Assembly: GCF_004010195.1 (NCBI RefSeq)
Contig: NC_057760.1
Span: 1,369,606 to 1,433,605, forward strand
DNA from: Chiloscyllium plagiosum
Lineage: Eukaryota
DNA length: 64,000 nt
Direction: 5' to 3'
Shown piece after piece: positions 11,607 to 23,521 of the stretch. The translations under genes were made by a program, and so were the position numbers. The notes under the pieces are model-generated. The model was not told where the DNA came from. It saw nothing but the letters and a program-made list of their open reading frames with translations, and did no database searches. The stretch's first letter is position 1, and each line of letters starts with the position of its first letter.

Positions 11607-13779
11607 GATTTGTCTTTTTTTTCCCTGCTCCTCGGATGCTGCCTGACCTGCTGTGCCTTTCCAGCACCCACTCTAATCTGCAGTACCCACTTCTGCCTAG
11701 TTTAATACAAGGCGTGATGGGCTTAGCACTAGTCACGGGAGAGCAGTGTTCCCTAAGCTGCACGGACGCGGAGGGTTTGTGCATACCAATCGGCATGTGA
11801 ACACGGGATTGGCTGGTTCCAGAAGCCATGACTATGTGTGGACTTTGGAGGGCAGGAGAATTTAAGCTGAAGTAGTTGGAGCACAGAACTATGCATAATC
11901 TCTCCCAGTTGAGCCAGAGGTCAAGAGCAATTTCTTTCTCCTTGGGATTTGGATTTATGGAATGCATTCTAGTGACAGAGACAGAGTTGTTACATATTTT
12001 TCAAGCTGGAGGTCGATAGTTTTAATCATGAAGGGTGATGGAAGGAAAAGACAGGAAAATGGGATTGATGACCAGACCAGCCATGATCTCATTGAATGGC
12101 GGGGCAGACTCAGTGGGCTGAATGGCCGTCTTCTGCTGCTTGCGTTGGCCCTGTCCTCCTCCTCCTCCCCTCTGGGCTGAGGGGTGACCTTTTTTAATTG
12201 AGGTTTTATAACATCACCAAGGTCATGGATTGGGTGAATTGGACTCCTCTACCCTGGAGAAAACCTGAGGGGCATAGGTTTAGGGTGAGAGGGGAAAGAT
12301 GTAAAAGAGACCTAAGGGGCAACTTTTTTTTTACACAGGGTGGGACGTGTATGGAATGAGCTGCCAGAGGAAGTGGTGGAGGCTGGTACAATGACAGCAT
12401 TTAAAAGGCATCTGGATGGGGACATGGATAGGAAGGGTTTGGAGGGATATGGCTGAAAAATAGGACTAGATTAATTTTAGGATATCTGCTCGGTACGGGC
12501 GAGTTGTACCACCAGGGTTTGATTTGGTGTCGTACAGCTCTATATCACTGATACGTCGCATGTCAGTTCAGTCTGTCATAACTGACTAGCCTTCCTACCT
12601 CTGGTATCCACCTTGAGGTGGTGACACAGTGGGAATGTCTGTGGACTGGTAATTCCTGAACCCACCCTCCCTAATACTGTGGGAGTGTGGCTTCAAAACC
12701 CACTAGAGGTCCTGGTGGAATTTAAATTTCACAGATTAGCTGTGATGTCATTGCATGGCAGACTAGACTCGAGGAACTGAATGGCCCCCCTCCTGTTCCT
12801 AATGAATAAAATCAGAATTAAATGCTAGTCGTGGTGATGATGGTGGTCATGGTTTGGAAACCCCATCTGGTTCACTAAGGAGAAAGAAACCTGCCCTCCT
12901 TACCTGGTCTGACCTCTGACTCCAGAGCTTCAGTCAGCACTGATTCTTAACTGCTCCCTGTAATTAATCCCCAGGGGTAAGGGCTGGGTCACATAGGCTG
13001 GTCTTGCCAGTACTAGCCACAGCCTGTTTCAGAACAGCAAAGATTATTTCATATCTTTTATTTTTGGACTAGTGTTCCTAGTTGCTGCTTAATTATCCTG
13101 AGTCATTCAGGCTTATGACTAACTGACATGAGTAATAACCATATACCAAATTCCCAATGCCTTGTCAGTAAATGGGGACGAGAGTCAACCTCCTGTATGG
13201 GCAGGAGGGCACATTCACTAGAGAGACAGAGATCGAAGAGAATTCGCTGAACAGGGACGAGGAACATTTGTTCTCTGATGTTACAATCTTCGGGGGGGGG
13301 GGGGACTCATTTCAATAGGGACTTTGAAAATGGAGCACCTGAGAAATACAGGAGGGGGGGGGGGTCGGCGGGGCGGGGAAGGTGTGTTGGGTGAGGAAGG
13401 GCACAGGATGGGGAAGCTGAATGGTGGCATCTTGAGCCGCATCGTTGTATAACTTGCCCGAAGCGTTCCCTGTGGTCAGTGCTTTGGTTTGTATCCCAAG
13501 GATGGCGATGGGAAGTTTCAACCGGCTGCACTGCAGGGCTGTCGAGTGGACAGAGACTGTAACTGCCCGGTAACAGTTAATTTAGAGAAATGAGAATCCG
13601 GAAACACACAAGTGATTTGATTTATTGTCATGTGTATTTTGTTAGAAAATACCATGGAAAGTGTTGTAATAGAGTCACCACTCTTCAGCCCCATCTTGGA
13701 ACACAAAAGTAAACTAAAACGTAGTTTCTTCATTCTTCTGCCTTTATATTCCCAGTCCTTCATTACAGCCTTGGATCAA

Positions 13780-14110
13780 GATTAGATGATTAGATTAGAT
13801 TAGATTAGATTACTTACAGTGTGGAAACAGGCCCTTCAGCCCAACAAGTCCACATCGACCCGCCGAAGCGCAACCCACCCATACCCCTATATTTACTCCT
13901 TACCTAACACTACGGGCAATTTAGTGTGGCCAATTCACCTGACCTGCACGTCTTTGGACTGTGGGAGGAAACTGGAGCACCCGGAGGAAACCCACGCAGA
14001 CACAGGGAGAATGTGCAAACTCCACACAGTCAGTCGCCTGAGGTGGGAATTGAACCCGGGTCTCTGGCGCTGTGAGGCAGCAGTGCTAACCACTGTGCCA
14101 CCGTGCCACC
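13780..14110 (-). mobile_element. Full-length HE1-like tRNA-SINE
   Basis: Head ggtggcacggtggcacagtggttagcac, body, (aatct)n tail on the minus strand. Confidence 0.85.
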
Positions 14111-14114
14111 CCAT

Positions 14115-15240
14115 CAAACATGGACAAAAGGGCTGAATTCCAGAGGGGAGGGGAGAGTGACAGCCCTTGATATCAAGGCTGCATTTGACTGAATGTGGCG
14201 TCAAGGAGCCCTGGCAAAACTGGAGTTGATGGGTAACGGGGTAAACGCTGCTGGTCAGTCATCCCTGGCACAGTGGAAGATGGTTGTGGAGGCTCAGTCT
14301 TTTCAGGTCCAGGAGACCCTCAGGGTAGTGTCCTAGGCCCACCAATCTCCAGCTGCTTCATCAATGACCTTCCCTCTGTCACAAGGTCAAAAGTGGGGAT
14401 GTTCACTGATGTTTGCACAGTATTCAGCACCATTCACAACTCCTCAGATACTGAAGCAGTCCGTGCTCAAATGCAACAAGATCTGGACAATATCCAGCCT
14501 TGGGCCAACAAGTGGCAAGTAACATTAGCACCACATAAATGCCAGACAATGTCCATTACCAATAAGAGGCACTCTAACCACCAGCCCTTGACGTTCAGTG
14601 GTATTACCATCACTGAATTCCCCCATTGTCAACATCTGTGGGGTTACCATTGACCAGAAACTCAATTGGACTCAGCACATTAAACACAGTGGCTACAAGA
14701 GCAGGTCAGAGACTAGAGATACTGTAGCGAGTAACTCACCTCCTGACACCCCGAAGTCTAGCCACAAGTCAGGAGTGTGATGGAACACTCCCCACTTGCA
14801 GAGATGGGTGCAGCTCCAACAACACCTAGATGCTTGACGCCATCCAGGGCAAAGCAACCGGCTTAATTGGCACCACATCTGCAAACATTCAATCCCTCCA
14901 CCACGGTGTTCAGTCGCAGCAGTGTAGACTGTCTATAAGATGCACGGCAGAAACTCACCAAAGATCCTCAGGCAGCGCCTTCCAAACCCACGACCACTTC
15001 CATCTAAAAGGACAAGCTCCCCTCTGAGCCACTCACCACCCTGACTTGGAACTGTACCGCCATTCCCTTCACATTTGTTGGGTCAAAATCCTGGCCTTCC
15101 CTCCCGATTGGCATCGTGGGTCAACCCCACTCGTGGACTGCAGCGATTCAAGATGGCAGCTCGACACCACCTTCTCAAGGGGCAACTAGGGATGGGCTAT
15201 CAGTGTTGGCCAGCCAGTGACCCTCAAGTCCCACCAATTA
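14115..15240 (+). mobile_element. Degenerate CR1/L2-group LINE RT 3' fragment
   Basis: PQGSVLGP...FINDLPS...MFTDV...QQDLDNIQPWANKWQV RT motifs with frameshifts. Confidence 0.75.
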
Positions 15241-15714
15241 ATAAAAACATTTCTTTGGAAAGCCCATTGCCCTGGGCCTAGTGCCCAGGCAGGAGTTCCT
15301 TTGTTACACTGTCCCTGCTGGGATAGCAGTCACTATTCTTCAGCAGGGATGGGCAAAGATTTGTTTAAAAAAAAATCAGAAACGAAAACTCTGAGCAAGG
15401 TTCTTTTTAAAAATGCTTTGTTTTTCTGAGCTTTCATTGTGCATTAGAAGTAAATAGTTTTCCAAGTGAAACTGAGTGAGGGGACAATTGACAATCGTAC
15501 CCCGAGGTATCATGACCCAAGCCTCCGACGTGCTCCGGTAGCTCAGTATTTGTTTAGGAGTTCAGTTTCCGAACCCATCTTCCCCGCCCCCACACCCAGC
15601 TGCGCTCTTCTCTAATGTTAACATCCCGGTTCCCATTCTCGCCATATTAGTTTAAATCATCCTCACTCCAAACGTGCAGTGCTCCCAGCTCCTCTGTTGA
15701 GACAATTTTTTAAA

Positions 15715-16050
15715 AATTTATTCACGGGATGAGGGCGTCGCTGGCCAGGCCAGCATTTATTGCCCCATCCCTAATTGCCTGGGGGGCAGTTGAGAATCAG
15801 CCACATTGCTGTGGGTCTGGAGTCACGTGTAGGCCAGACCAGGTAAGGAGGGCGGTTTCCTTTCCTAAAGGACATTAGTGAACCAGATGGGTTTTTCCAA
15901 CAATGGATTCACTGTCGTCGTTAGACTCTTAATTCCAGATTTTAAAATTGAATTCAAGTTTCACCATCTGACGAGGCGGGATGCGAACCCGGGTCCCCAG
16001 AACATTACCTGGGTCTCTAGATTAACCACGAGGCTGTTGCCTCCCCATCA
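15715..16050 (-). mobile_element. Second tRNA-derived SINE family (other copies near 12620-13020+, 32350-32690+, 36070-36350-, 40830-41240-, 48080-48420-)
   Basis: Shared core ccttacctggtctggcctacacgtgactccagaccc in six dispersed copies; family name not established. Confidence 0.65.
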
Positions 16051-17399
16051 GACCCCTCTTTGGCCTGCTCAGGACCTCATTCCCATAAAACCATAAGAAA
16101 TAGCAACAGGCACAAGCTGTTTGGTCTCTTGAGCCTGCCCCACTATTCCATAGTATGATGGCTGATCTGACACTCCTTGTGACCATTTAGCTGCACTTTC
16201 CCCGTCACCCTCGATTCCCTGACTGATCACAAATCTATCCTTCTCAACCTTAAATATACGACGCAAAGACTCTGCCTCCCCAGTAGCACTCTGGCAAAGA
16301 GTTCCAAAGACACTCAACGCTCTGAGAGAAGTCTCAATCTCAAATTGGTGTCCCTTTATTCTGAGGCTCTGGCCCTAGACTCTCCCATGGCGGGAACCAT
16401 CCTCTCAGCATTGACCCTGTCAAACCCCTGAAGAAGCCTGTGTGTAACTATGCGATGGCCTCTCATTTGTCTAAACTCCAGACAGTAGAGTTCCTGCCTA
16501 ACCTTTGCTGATGAGACCATTCCTCCATAGCAGAGGTCATCCTAGTGAGCCTTCGCTGAGCTGCCTCCAATGAAATACTTTTTAAAACTAGTCCAATTGT
16601 GGTCTCACCAACACCTTGTACAGTTATATAAGAACTTTTTCCTTTCTATACCCTAACCCCCCCCCCCCTTGAAATCCAGGTCACCATTCCATTAGCTTTC
16701 CTGATTACATGCTGTACCATGCACTAACTTGCTTTCTTGATCAAGGAAGGGAGAGCATATGGGATCGTAATCTTTTAATCTTTATAGAGAATGCTTAATC
16801 CAGACTGTCTCCTACATTGGTTTTGGTTGTCTGAGATGGGCTCAGAAAACACTTCCCAGAGTATTTCTGTATCCCTTGATTGACCCTTTTTTTTAATACC
16901 TGCCTGGGAGTGTACATCGTGAGAGGGAGTCTGTTGATGATACACAGATCACTTTGAGCGAGAGGCAGGCTTGCTGAAGGACTCTCTGCTCCTGCCCACT
17001 GTTTAGAGTCAGACATAGAGCATGGAAACCGATCCTTCGGGGTGGCTCAGTAGTTAGCACTGCTGCCTCAGCACCAGGGTCCCAGGTTCAATTCCTGCCT
17101 CAGGTAACTGTCTGTGCGGAGTTTGCACATTCTCTCTGTGTCCGCGTAGGCTTCCTCTGGGTGTTCCGGTTTCCTCCCACAGTCGCACGATGTGAATTCA
17201 GGTGAATTGGCCATGCTAAATTGCCCATAGTGGTAGGTGCATTAGATGGGGGGGGGGAAATGGGTCTGGGTGGGTTACTCTTCGGAGGGTTGGTATGGAC
17301 TAATTGGGCCGAAGTGCCTGTTTCCGCACTATAGGGAATCTAATCCTCTGTACAGACCATAACTCCGATCCGACCAAGTTCCGTTTGGCCCCTATCCTT

Positions 17400-19420
17400 C
17401 TAAACCCTTCCGATTCATATACCCACCCATCTAGATGCCTTTTAAATATTGTTATTGTACCAGCCTCCACTTCCTCTGGTGGATAGCTCCATACACGCAG
17501 CACCCTCTGTGTGGAAAAAGTTATCCCTTGGGTCCCTTTTAAATCTTGCCCCTGTCACCGTAAACCTATGCCCTCTAATTTTGCACTCCGCTACCCTTGG
17601 AACAAGACTATAACTATTCACCGTATCCATGCCCCTCATGCTTTTATAGACCTCCATAGGGTCTCCCCTCAGCTTATGGCACTACAGAGAAAAAGAAATC
17701 TCCAGTTTATTCATTCCTCTCCCCCCCCCATCTCAAACCCTGCAGTCTCTGCAACATCCTTGCAAAACATTTCTGTACCCTCTCAAGTTTAACGACATCC
17801 TCCTTATAAAAGGCGACCAGAATTATACAAACTGTTCCAAAATATTGACCTCCCCAGTGTCCTGTACAACTGCAACATAACGTCTTGACTCTATATTCAA
17901 ATGTTCTGCCTAAGAAAGGCAAGTGTGTCAGATACCATCCTCACCACCCTGTCTTAACCTGTGGCTCCTCTTTAAAGGGACTAAGCACCTGCACCTCTAG
18001 GTCCCTTTGTTCAGCAATACTGCCCCAAAGCCCGACCATTAATTGCACAGGTCCTGCTCTGATTTGTGTTACCAAAATGCAACAGCTCACACTTATCTCC
18101 ATCAAACTCCACCTGCCGCTCCTCAGCCCATTGACCCAGTTGATCAAGATGCCTTTGTAATCTTGATCACACCAACGTTTGGTGTCACCTTAAAGCTTTC
18201 TAACCACGCATCTGACGTTTCCATCTGAATTATTTACGCGAATGACCAAACGCAGTGAAGCCAGCACCGATCCACATTGGAACACTGTTGGTTACAGGCC
18301 TCCAGTCGGAACAACAACCGTCTCCCACTACCTTCTGTCTCTGACCTTGAAGCTAATTTTGTATCCAGTTGGCTAGCTCCCCTGAATCCCATGTGATCTA
18401 ACCTTCGTAACCAGTCCACCATGTGGAACCTTGTTGAATGCTTTTGTTGAAGTTCATGGGCGCTGTCCACCGTGTGGAACGCTTTGTTGAAGCTCTCGGG
18501 CGATGTCCACCACTCTGCCTTCATCCATCATCTTTGTCACTTCTTCAGAAACGTTAGTGAGACAATATCCCACGCAGAAAGCCGTGTTGGTCCTTAAATA
18601 GTCCTCGCCTTTCCAAATGCCTGTAAATCTTGTCCCTCCAAATCCCATCCAACACGTTATTTCCCACTAATGTCAGGCTCACTGGTCTTTAGTTCCCTGG
18701 CTTTTCCGTAATCGTTTTAAATAATGGTGCCACATTAGCCCAACCTCCAGTCTTCTGGCACCTCACCCATTGCCCTTGGTTATACAAATATCTCAGCAGC
18801 GGGCCAAGTAATCACTTGTCTAGTTTCCCACAAAGTTCTGGGAAATACCTGATCAGTTCCCAGGGATTTATCTACCTTTTGTGTTTTAAGATATCCAGCT
18901 CCGCCTCTTCTGTAATGAATTATTTTCAGGCCATTCCTATTTATTTACCCAAGCTCGCTTGCTTTCATGTCCTTCTCCATGGTAAATACTGACTAAATAT
19001 TTGTTTAGTAGCTCACCCATCTCCTGTGGTTCCATACATAGATGGCCACGTTGATCTTTAAAAGGCCCAATTCTCTCCTTAGTTACTCTTTTGCCCTTAA
19101 TGTACTTGTAGAATCTCTTTGGATTCTTCTTTAACTCTATTTGCTAAAGCTATCTCATGTCCCAATTTTGCCCTCCTGATTTCCCTCTTAAGTATACAGA
19201 GGAATCTCAATTATCTGGATTTTGGATTATCCGGCAAGATCAGAAGGTCCCGATGCTTGGCTAAACTGTTATTCGGCCTTCGATTAACCGGACAAAATAC
19301 TCTCCGCCCATGCCCTTGAATAATCGGGGTTCCTCTGTACTCCTAATGCCCTACACTCATGTAGGGATTGACTTGATCCCCGTTTTCTGTATTTGATATG
19401 TCTGCTCCTTTTTCTTGACC
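17400..19420 (-). mobile_element. Long degenerate CR1 LINE fragment
   Basis: Minus-strand CR1 ORF2 pieces (LERVQK, GSIAEQRDLEVQV, KAF...) with many indels. Confidence 0.75.
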
Positions 19421-19433
19421 AGAGCCTTAATTT

Positions 19434-19645
19434 GGAGAAAGTGAGGGCTGCAGATGCTGGAGATCAGAGCTGAAAAATGTGTTGCTGGAAAAGCGCAGCA
19501 GGTCAAGCAGCATCCAAAGAGCAGGAGAATCGACGTTTCGGGCATAAGCTTCCTGAAGAAGGGCTTATGGCCGAAACGTCGATTCTCCTGCTCCTTGGAT
19601 GCTGCTTGACCTGCTGCGCTTTTCCAGCAACACATTTTTCAGCTC
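19434..19645. mobile_element. Palindromic family A hammerhead-bearing element with 14-bp TSD
   Basis: cagagccttaattt at 19420-19433 and 19645-19658; CTGAAGA 19553 ... GAAACGTC 19573-19580; inverted arms. Confidence 0.75.
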
Positions 19646-19909
19646 AGAGCCTTAATTTCTCCAGTTATCCAGCATTCTCTACAACCACCAGCCTTGCCCT
19701 TCACACTAACATACTGTCTCTGATCTCATTTTTAAAGGCCGCCATCTTTGAACCATCCCTTTACCCATGGATAGCTTCCCCAATCAGTTTGAAAGTTCCT
19801 GTGTAATACTGTCAAAATTGACCTTTCTCCAATTTTATCTTTTTTCGATTAGTTCTGTCCTTTTGAATAATGATTTTAAAACTAATAGAATTATGGATCG
19901 CTTGCAGAA

Positions 19910-20025
19910 ATGGCGTCCGACATCGGAGGACCGCTGGGCGTACCGGTGACTGGGAGAGCTGGAGCAGGGACGCAGCCACAGTCCAGTGGGGGCATAGTGT
20001 CCCGGGCACCGAAAAGACATCCAGG
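19910..20025 (+). CDS. ARNT: ARNT exon 2 coding part (exon starts 19908): MASDIGGPLGVPVTGRAGAGTQPQSSGGIVSRAPKRHPG
   Basis: cag|AA ATG ... CCA GG|gtaag; aligns to human EMTSDV...GGAIVQRAIKRRPG (NLS region). Confidence 0.88.
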
Positions 20026-20089
20026 GTAAGGATGTTTAGATGTGTCACTAGATTAGGAGCGGGAGCACATATATACAGGTATCTGGGCA

Positions 20090-20970
20090 TAAGTTACAGA
20101 TTGGAATCTAATCGAGATGTTTGGGGCAGGGTTTATGTACAGAATAACAGATGCCTGAGAGTGAGTTACAGACTGGAATCTCATTGAGGGGTTTGGGGTG
20201 GGTTATATACAGAATAACAGATACCCGGGAGAGAGTTACAGACTGGAATCTAATCGAGGGGTTCGGGGTGGGTTATATACAGAATAACAGATACCCAGGA
20301 GGGAGTTACAGACTGGAATCTAATCGAGAGGTTCGGGCTGGGTTATATACAGAAAAACAGATACCTGGGAGGGTGTTACAGACCGGAACTAATCGAGGGG
20401 TTCGGGGTGGGTTATATACAGAATAACAGATCCCCGGGAGGGAGTTACAGACTGGAATCTAATCGAGGGGTTCGGGGTGGGTTATATACAGAATAACAGA
20501 TACCCAGGAGGGAGTTACAGACTGGAATCTAATCGAGAGGTTCGGGCTGGGTTATATACAGAAAAACAGATACCTGGGAGGGTGTTACAGACCGGAATCT
20601 AATCGAGGTGTTCTGGGTGGGTTATATACCGAATAACAGATACTCGGGAGGGAGTTACAGACTGGAATCTAATCGAGGGGTTCGGGGTGGGTTATATATA
20701 GAAAAACAGATACCTGGGAGGGTGTTACAGACTGGAATCTATTCGAGGTGTTCTGGGTGGGTTATATACAGAATAACAGATACCCGGGAGGGTGTTACAG
20801 ACTGGAATCTAATCGAGGTGTTCGGGGTGGGTTATATACAGAATAACAGATACCCGGGAGGGAGTTACAGACTGGAAACTAATCGAGAGGTTCGGGGTGG
20901 GTTATATACAGAATAACAGATACCCGGGAGGGAGTTACAGACTGGAATCTAATCGAGGGGATTGGGGGTG
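20090..20970. repeat. 70-bp minisatellite, about 12.5 copies
   Basis: Unit ggttatatacagaataacagatacccgggagggagttacagactggaatctaatcgaggggttcggggtg recurs at 20201, 20271, 20341 and onward. Confidence 0.95.
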
Positions 20971-21520
20971 ACAGTTCTGAAGTCACCTCATGTATACAAG
21001 TGAAAGAATGGTTGTACAGTGTTGCCAGACTTTGGAAACATTGTGTACTCCAGCAAAAGTTTGCATTGAAGCCCATCTTATTTTACAGGAAAAAAACTTA
21101 ATTTCGATGTTTATTGAGAAATCTGAGATGGGTTGGATATTTTCAAAATTCAGATAGGTCGTAGGGGTGCAACTTGTGATTGGTTGGTTGTTCCTTGTTG
21201 AGTTTGTAACAGGTGCCATGAAAGATTGAAGGTGGAAATGAGGTTAGCTCCCTGGCAGAGTTAGTTGAAATGGTTTTCCTGTCTGGTGGGCTGACCTGTG
21301 GAATTCTTTGCTCAACAAGCCGTTAGACTGTAGATTTTAAATTTTGTCTGTCTGAATCTCGTCTTACCCTTCTCTGTTCTCTCCAGCTTCCCTATTGATG
21401 CTAGCAAGGGGTTCTTGTGTTGTACATCGTGGTCCTCTTTGCAGAGACTATTGTTCAGTGCATTGGTGTGGTGGGTGCAATCTTCCTTTTACCAATTGTT
21501 TGTACTTCACCTCTTTCTAG

Positions 21521-21571
21521 ACTTGACTTTGAGGACGACGATGACGGGGAGGGCAGCAGCAAATTCCCAAG
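21521..21571 (+). CDS. ARNT: ARNT exon 3: LDFEDDDDGEGSSKFPR
   Basis: tag|...AG|gtttgt; human LDFDDDGEGNSKFLR; phase consistent. Confidence 0.92.
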
Positions 21572-21983
21572 GTTTGTGTGGCTCTGTTTTCTCATTTTAG
21601 CCTTTGAGGAGCTGCGGTCAAGCGTGATGAAATTTATCCCCATCCCCATCCTCTGCTGTTCCACCTTCCCCAGTACCATCCCTCTCGTACCTTTCCTTTC
21701 CCTTTATCCCCCTCATATTATGCCCGTTCTGTCCCTCACCACACCACCCTATTCTGTGCGTTAGCCCCGCTCTTCCGAGTTCCCATTGGTAAAATAATTT
21801 ACATGTACCTAATGTTGGGGGTGGAGTACAATGTTCAAATGTCCCTAACATGCGTTAAGGGAGACTATTGGGTTGCAGATTGGATTGGTTGGTCGGGGGG
21901 GACAGACTTCCATCGTACTGCGTTCTGTGAATCTCCACCATAGTGTGTGTGTGGAGCATTAACCCTTAATCTTTTCTGTCTAG

Positions 21984-22028
21984 GTGTGATGAAGACCAAG
22001 GGCCCAATGACAAAGAGAGATTTGCCAG
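21984..22028 (+). CDS. ARNT: ARNT exon 4: CDEDQGPNDKERFAR
   Basis: tag|...AG|gtaac; 45 nt; human CDDDQMSNDKERFAR. Confidence 0.93.
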
Positions 22029-22089
22029 GTAACAATATTCTAAACATGCAGTTGGTTTGAAGCATTCCTTGTGGCATTGAGAGAGAGGG

Positions 22090-22880
22090 CATAGAACCCA
22101 GAACATTGAACAGTACAGCGCGGAACAGGCCCTTTGGCCATTGATGTTGCGCCAACCTGTGAGCTATTCTGAGCTCATCCCCCTACACTATCCCACCATT
22201 AACTGTTTGCTTATCCAAGGATGGTTTAAATCTCCCTAATGTGGCTGAGTTACCTACATTGGCGGGCGGGCAGGGCATTCCACGCCCTTACCACTCTCTG
22301 AGTGAAGAACCTGCCACTGACATCTGCCTTAAATCGATCACCCCTCAATTTGTAGTTACGCCTCTTTGTACAAGCTGATGTCATCATCCTAGGGAAAAGA
22401 CTTTCACTGTCTACTCTATCTAATCCTCTGACCATCTTATATGTCTCTATCAAATCCCCTCTTAGCTGCCTTCTTTCCAATGAGAACAGACCCAAGTCTC
22501 TCAGCCTTTCCTCATAAGAGCTTCTCTCCAAACCAGGCAACATCCTGGTAAATCTCCTCTGCACCTTTTCCAATGCTTCCACATCCTTCCTGTAATGGGG
22601 TGACCAGAACATGTACACAATATTCAAGTGTGGCCGCACCAGTGTTTTGTTGCAGCATGATATTGCGGCTCTGGAACTCAATCCCTCTACCAATGAAACC
22701 TTATGCCTTCTTAACAGCACTATCAACCTGGGTGGTAACTTTCAGTGATCTATGTACATGGACTCCAAGATCCCTCTGCACATTCACACTACCAAGAATC
22801 CTTCCATTGTCCGAGTCCTCTGCCTTCCTGTTATTCTTGCCAAAGTGAATCACCTCACATTTAGCTGCATTGAACTCCAT
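22090..22880 (-). mobile_element. CR1 LINE 3' fragment
   Basis: LVRPHL...WSPHYRKDVEALEKVQRRFTRMLPGL...YEERLRDLGLFSLERRQLRGDLIETYK. Confidence 0.85.
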
Positions 22881-23307
22881 TCTAGCTGCATTGGACTCCA
22901 CGGTGCTGGAACTTAGCTGCACGGTGTCCCTCATTCCCAGTCAGTGGCTGTGGGGAAACCAAATGGAAAGGAAATGGCTCTTTAGATGTTGCTTGGGGCT
23001 ACTCTACGTTAGGAGTAAAATCCAGGCCGGGGAAAGTTCACCTCACTGCCTGGGGTTCAGTGAGGATCCTTCAGGCGGTGCCGCTGAAGGGAATGCAAGT
23101 TGAGTGTGGATGTGCTTGGGATTGCACTGTGTGCAAACGGTCTTGTCTCAGTTGTAGCAGTCACCAAGTCTCTTTGGCCCTGCGCTTTGAGGTGTCCCAA
23201 GGCAACGAGGAAGCATGGGGTCGTCTGCTTTCCCATGTGAGCACATGCCTTTCCTTTTGTTTATGGCGGAAGCTCATTGTTCCTCCTCCCCTGCCCCCCC
23301 ACCCCAG

Positions 23308-23521
23308 AGAGAACCACAGCGAGATCGAGCGGCGTCGCCGGAACAAGATGACGGCGTACATCACGGAGCTGTCAGACATGGTGCCGACCTGCAGCGCCCT
23401 GGCCCGCAAGCCGGACAAGCTGACCATCCTCCGCATGGCCGTGTCTCACATGAAGTCACTGCGGGGCACGGGCAACACCTCGGCTGACGGAACGTACAAG
23501 CCATCCTTTCTGACCGACCAG
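23308..23521 (+). CDS. ARNT: ARNT exon 5, bHLH domain ([28 protein letters not shown]...FLTDQ)
   Basis: Near-identical to the ARNT bHLH; cag|...CAG|gtgagg. Confidence 0.97.

Noticed and set aside
13501..13569. Possible 69-nt cassette exon in intron 1 (aag|GATGGCGATG...CCG|gtaaca)
   Set aside because: Its ATGs are out of phase with exon 2, the main frame has a stop, and there is no homology support.
20090..20970. Regular repeats superficially like a CRISPR array (also the 53-bp arrays)
   Set aside because: Units are contiguous with no unique spacers, there are no cas genes, and the context is a eukaryotic intron.
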